The notes beneath the pieces are model-generated. The model had not been told where the DNA came from. It saw only the letters and a program-made list of their open reading frames with translations, and ran no database searches. 64,000 bases of DNA from a bacterium (GTDB lineage Bacteria > Patescibacteriota > Saccharimonadia > UBA4664), in the NCBI GenBank assembly GCA_016699105.1, contig CP064960.1:1074715-1138714 (forward strand). Reading direction: 5' to 3'. This document shows, piece by piece, positions 62,080 through 64,000 of the stretch. Position 1 is the first letter of the stretch. Each line of letters begins with the position of its first letter. The position numbers and the translations under genes are program-made.

Positions 62080-62726
62080 TAAGCACTTGTACCGGAATCA
62101 GTAATTTCAGTTATTACCTGATAATGACTTGGCTGGTTTGGAGTCGACTCAGTCAACCTCAGGGTAAAAGTCAACCCGGGAATTTGGGTATCATAAGCTT
62201 CGACCGCACCGGCTGCATGTTTTGCGCCCACTCTTTGAGTAGCGCCAATTATCTCTAATAACGTATCAGTGGCTTGTTTATACACGGTTGCATCGGGGTC
62301 AGTAATAGCAATATCTACAAGAGTCGAATCGTACCCAGGATTCTGCAGGAGCGACCCCAGTCCAACGAGCACTTGATTGAGTTTGGTGGCATATTCTGAT
62401 TCATGTGACGAAGTATCTAATTTTGGTGCAGTTGGCGCTGTTAGAACATGTGATTTTGAATCAAGTAATTGCAAATATTTATCAAGCTGAGGAGTTTGCT
62501 CTGCTCCTCCAGGGAGTGTGTTGGCGATTAAATTTCTGGCATCGATAATTTTGCGGCTTAAATCATCCCAGTCTTCAATAAGTTCACCATGTTCAAATTG
62601 ATCAAGTTGCTCGACAGGGCCAGTATCTGAGCGCGATACGCTTTCAACATCAATTGGATGAGACGGAGCTGGTCGTCCAACTTGGTACGGTTTGCGAGGT
62701 GCAGGTATTTCACCCATATGTATCAT
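62079..62726 (-). CDS. Hypothetical protein
   Basis: 215-aa ORF, co-oriented with the upstream membrane genes. Confidence 0.4.
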   Translation of the reverse strand: MIHMGEIPAPRKPYQVGRPAPSHPIDVESVSRSDTGPVEQLDQFEHGELIEDWDDLSRKIIDARNLIANTLPGGAEQTPQLDKYLQLLDSKSHVLTAPTAPKLDTSSHESEYATKLNQVLVGLGSLLQNPGYDSTLVDIAITDPDATVYKQATDTLLEIIGATQRVGAKHAAGAVEAYDTQIPGLTFTLRLTESTPNQPSHYQVITEITDSGTSA

Positions 62727-62807
62727 GCCATTACTGTTTAATTGGTTTTAAGTATAACGGCACTGGTCTCGATGGTACAACTATACATGTTATGCTTAGA
62801 GGTAATT

Positions 62808-63953
62808 ATGAAGCGGGCGCGTTCTTCCCAGTGGCAAAAGTTCCAACCGATTGCGGTGATGCTGGCTGTGGCTTTATTGGGCGGTATGATGGCTTTATGG
62901 ACGCGCGCGGCCGGGTCTCTGGCGGCGTTTGAAGTTGAATCTGGTACCAAAAGTGGCACGGTGTCGACGGCGGCAGTGACCGGCGCAAGTGGCGGAAATG
63001 TCGTGCGATTTGGGAGCGCCAGTGATGATTTGCCAGCCAGTGTGAAATCGCAAGGCAATTACACTTTGCGCTGGAGTGATGATTTCGAAGGTTCGTCAGT
63101 GGATACCTCGAAATGGAACGTGCTCAACAACAGCAATTACGGCTCAGGCAATAATGAAGACCAGTGCTACAAGGCTGCCAATTCAACGGTTGCAGGCGGT
63201 ATCTTAAGTTTGACTGCCAAACGCGAAACCGTCTCAGGCTGTGGCACCAATCCGCAAGGTGGATCAAATTATTATTGGACATCTGGTGCGTTGACGACAC
63301 GAGCTATGGGTGGGTCTCTCACCTATGCTTTCACCGAGGGCTATGCCCAGGTTCGCATGAAAGCCCCGCGCGGCAATCCCTATTGGCCGGCGTTTTGGCT
63401 CGTCAGTACCGGCGAGTCGGGTCAACCGAGCTGGCCAGACTACGGCGAATTTGATGTCGTAGAATTGTATGGCGGCCATCCTGATTCAACCTATGGCACT
63501 TTGCATTACTCGTCGAGTGGACATGTCCAAACGTGGCCGAACCAGTACAACGTGGCTACCAAAAGCCCTAATTCGAACCAAGGCCAAGTAGTGCCACCAC
63601 TGGTCACTGGAGCTACCAACGATTGGCATACCTATGGGTTGTTGTGGACGTTTAATCGATTGACCTGGTATGTGGACGGTGTGCCATTCCAATACTTTGA
63701 CGGTACCAATAACACCATGTATACAGTAAGTGCTGGTGGTGTGGCTACTTCGATGAAGACTACCGGCGCACCATCGACAAACTTTTGGGCATTGCGGCAT
63801 GCCATTATTTTGAATCTGGCCTTTGGCGGCGATGGACCGAGCTATCACGGTTACACCGGATCAGATTCGAGTAGCGGGTATAACAATGGTAATTTAACGG
63901 CCGACCAGCCCGGCGTCATGCAAGTTGACTACGTTAGGGTTTGGCAAAAGTAA
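62808..63953 (+). CDS. Secreted GH16-family glycoside hydrolase, second copy
   Basis: The catalytic motif GEFDVVELYGG is present. A signal peptide MKRARSSQWQKFQPIAVMLAVALLGGMMALWTRAAG is present. Confidence 0.65.
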   Translation: MKRARSSQWQKFQPIAVMLAVALLGGMMALWTRAAGSLAAFEVESGTKSGTVSTAAVTGASGGNVVRFGSASDDLPASVKSQGNYTLRWSDDFEGSSVDTSKWNVLNNSNYGSGNNEDQCYKAANSTVAGGILSLTAKRETVSGCGTNPQGGSNYYWTSGALTTRAMGGSLTYAFTEGYAQVRMKAPRGNPYWPAFWLVSTGESGQPSWPDYGEFDVVELYGGHPDSTYGTLHYSSSGHVQTWPNQYNVATKSPNSNQGQVVPPLVTGATNDWHTYGLLWTFNRLTWYVDGVPFQYFDGTNNTMYTVSAGGVATSMKTTGAPSTNFWALRHAIILNLAFGGDGPSYHGYTGSDSSSGYNNGNLTADQPGVMQVDYVRVWQK

Positions 63954-64000
63954 CTATCTGCGACTTAAATCTGCTATGCGACGCTCGGCGTCATCCGCGC

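Overview
The window is gene-dense bacterial chromosome, roughly 48-50% GC. It has the feel of a small-genome bacterium with a Gram-positive-type envelope, possibly Patescibacteria/Saccharibacteria-like; that placement is an inference I cannot verify. Three parts stand out. (1) 1-18.9 kb is a block of secreted or cell-surface protein genes, nearly all on the minus strand: a giant Thr/Ser/Gly-rich fibre-like protein, a LamG-domain protein, a PKD-domain protein, two paralog pairs, and a multi-domain delta-60-repeat/cutinase/Ig-like protein. Two class-A beta-lactamase-like paralogs, a DUF4342 gene and a PIN/RHH toxin-antitoxin pair are interspersed. (2) 19-28 kb is a housekeeping stretch with accessory pieces: tRNA-Val, ogt, a SulP/STAS transporter, radC, an ECF sigma/anti-sigma operon, a decayed RelE toxin copy and a membrane-anchored wHTH regulator next to a proteasome-type Ntn hydrolase. 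(3) 28.0-46.1 kb is a mosaic accessory island bounded by two same-strand tRNA-Leu genes (GAG at 28463..28544, CAG at 45985..46069). It is punctuated by at least a dozen copies of a tRNA-Leu 3'-end-derived repeat, including a 3x tandem array of about 145 bp, and no integrase is visible. Its cargo is listed here. There is a frameshifted FAD-linked oxidase, an alpha/beta hydrolase and a GH16 glycosidase. A two-gene unit (275 aa plus a 913-aa protein with a predicted C-terminal caspase-like His/Cys domain) follows, each gene preceded by a duplicated ~86-bp dyad element. Next come a vWA-containing operon, a RelE/RHH toxin-antitoxin pair, a C39-like peptidase, a Shedu/DUF4263-like PD-(D/E)xK candidate and a GC-rich hypothetical gene. 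The remaining 46-64 kb is core-like: a peptide ABC substrate-binding protein, secG, pepP, arsR, uvrC and uvrA (both interrupted), GT2 and GT4 glycosyltransferases, several alpha/beta hydrolases and a second GH16. No CRISPR array, reverse transcriptase or integrase was found. Many genes are split by frameshifts, about one per 2 kb, which may reflect indel errors in the assembly or genuine gene decay.
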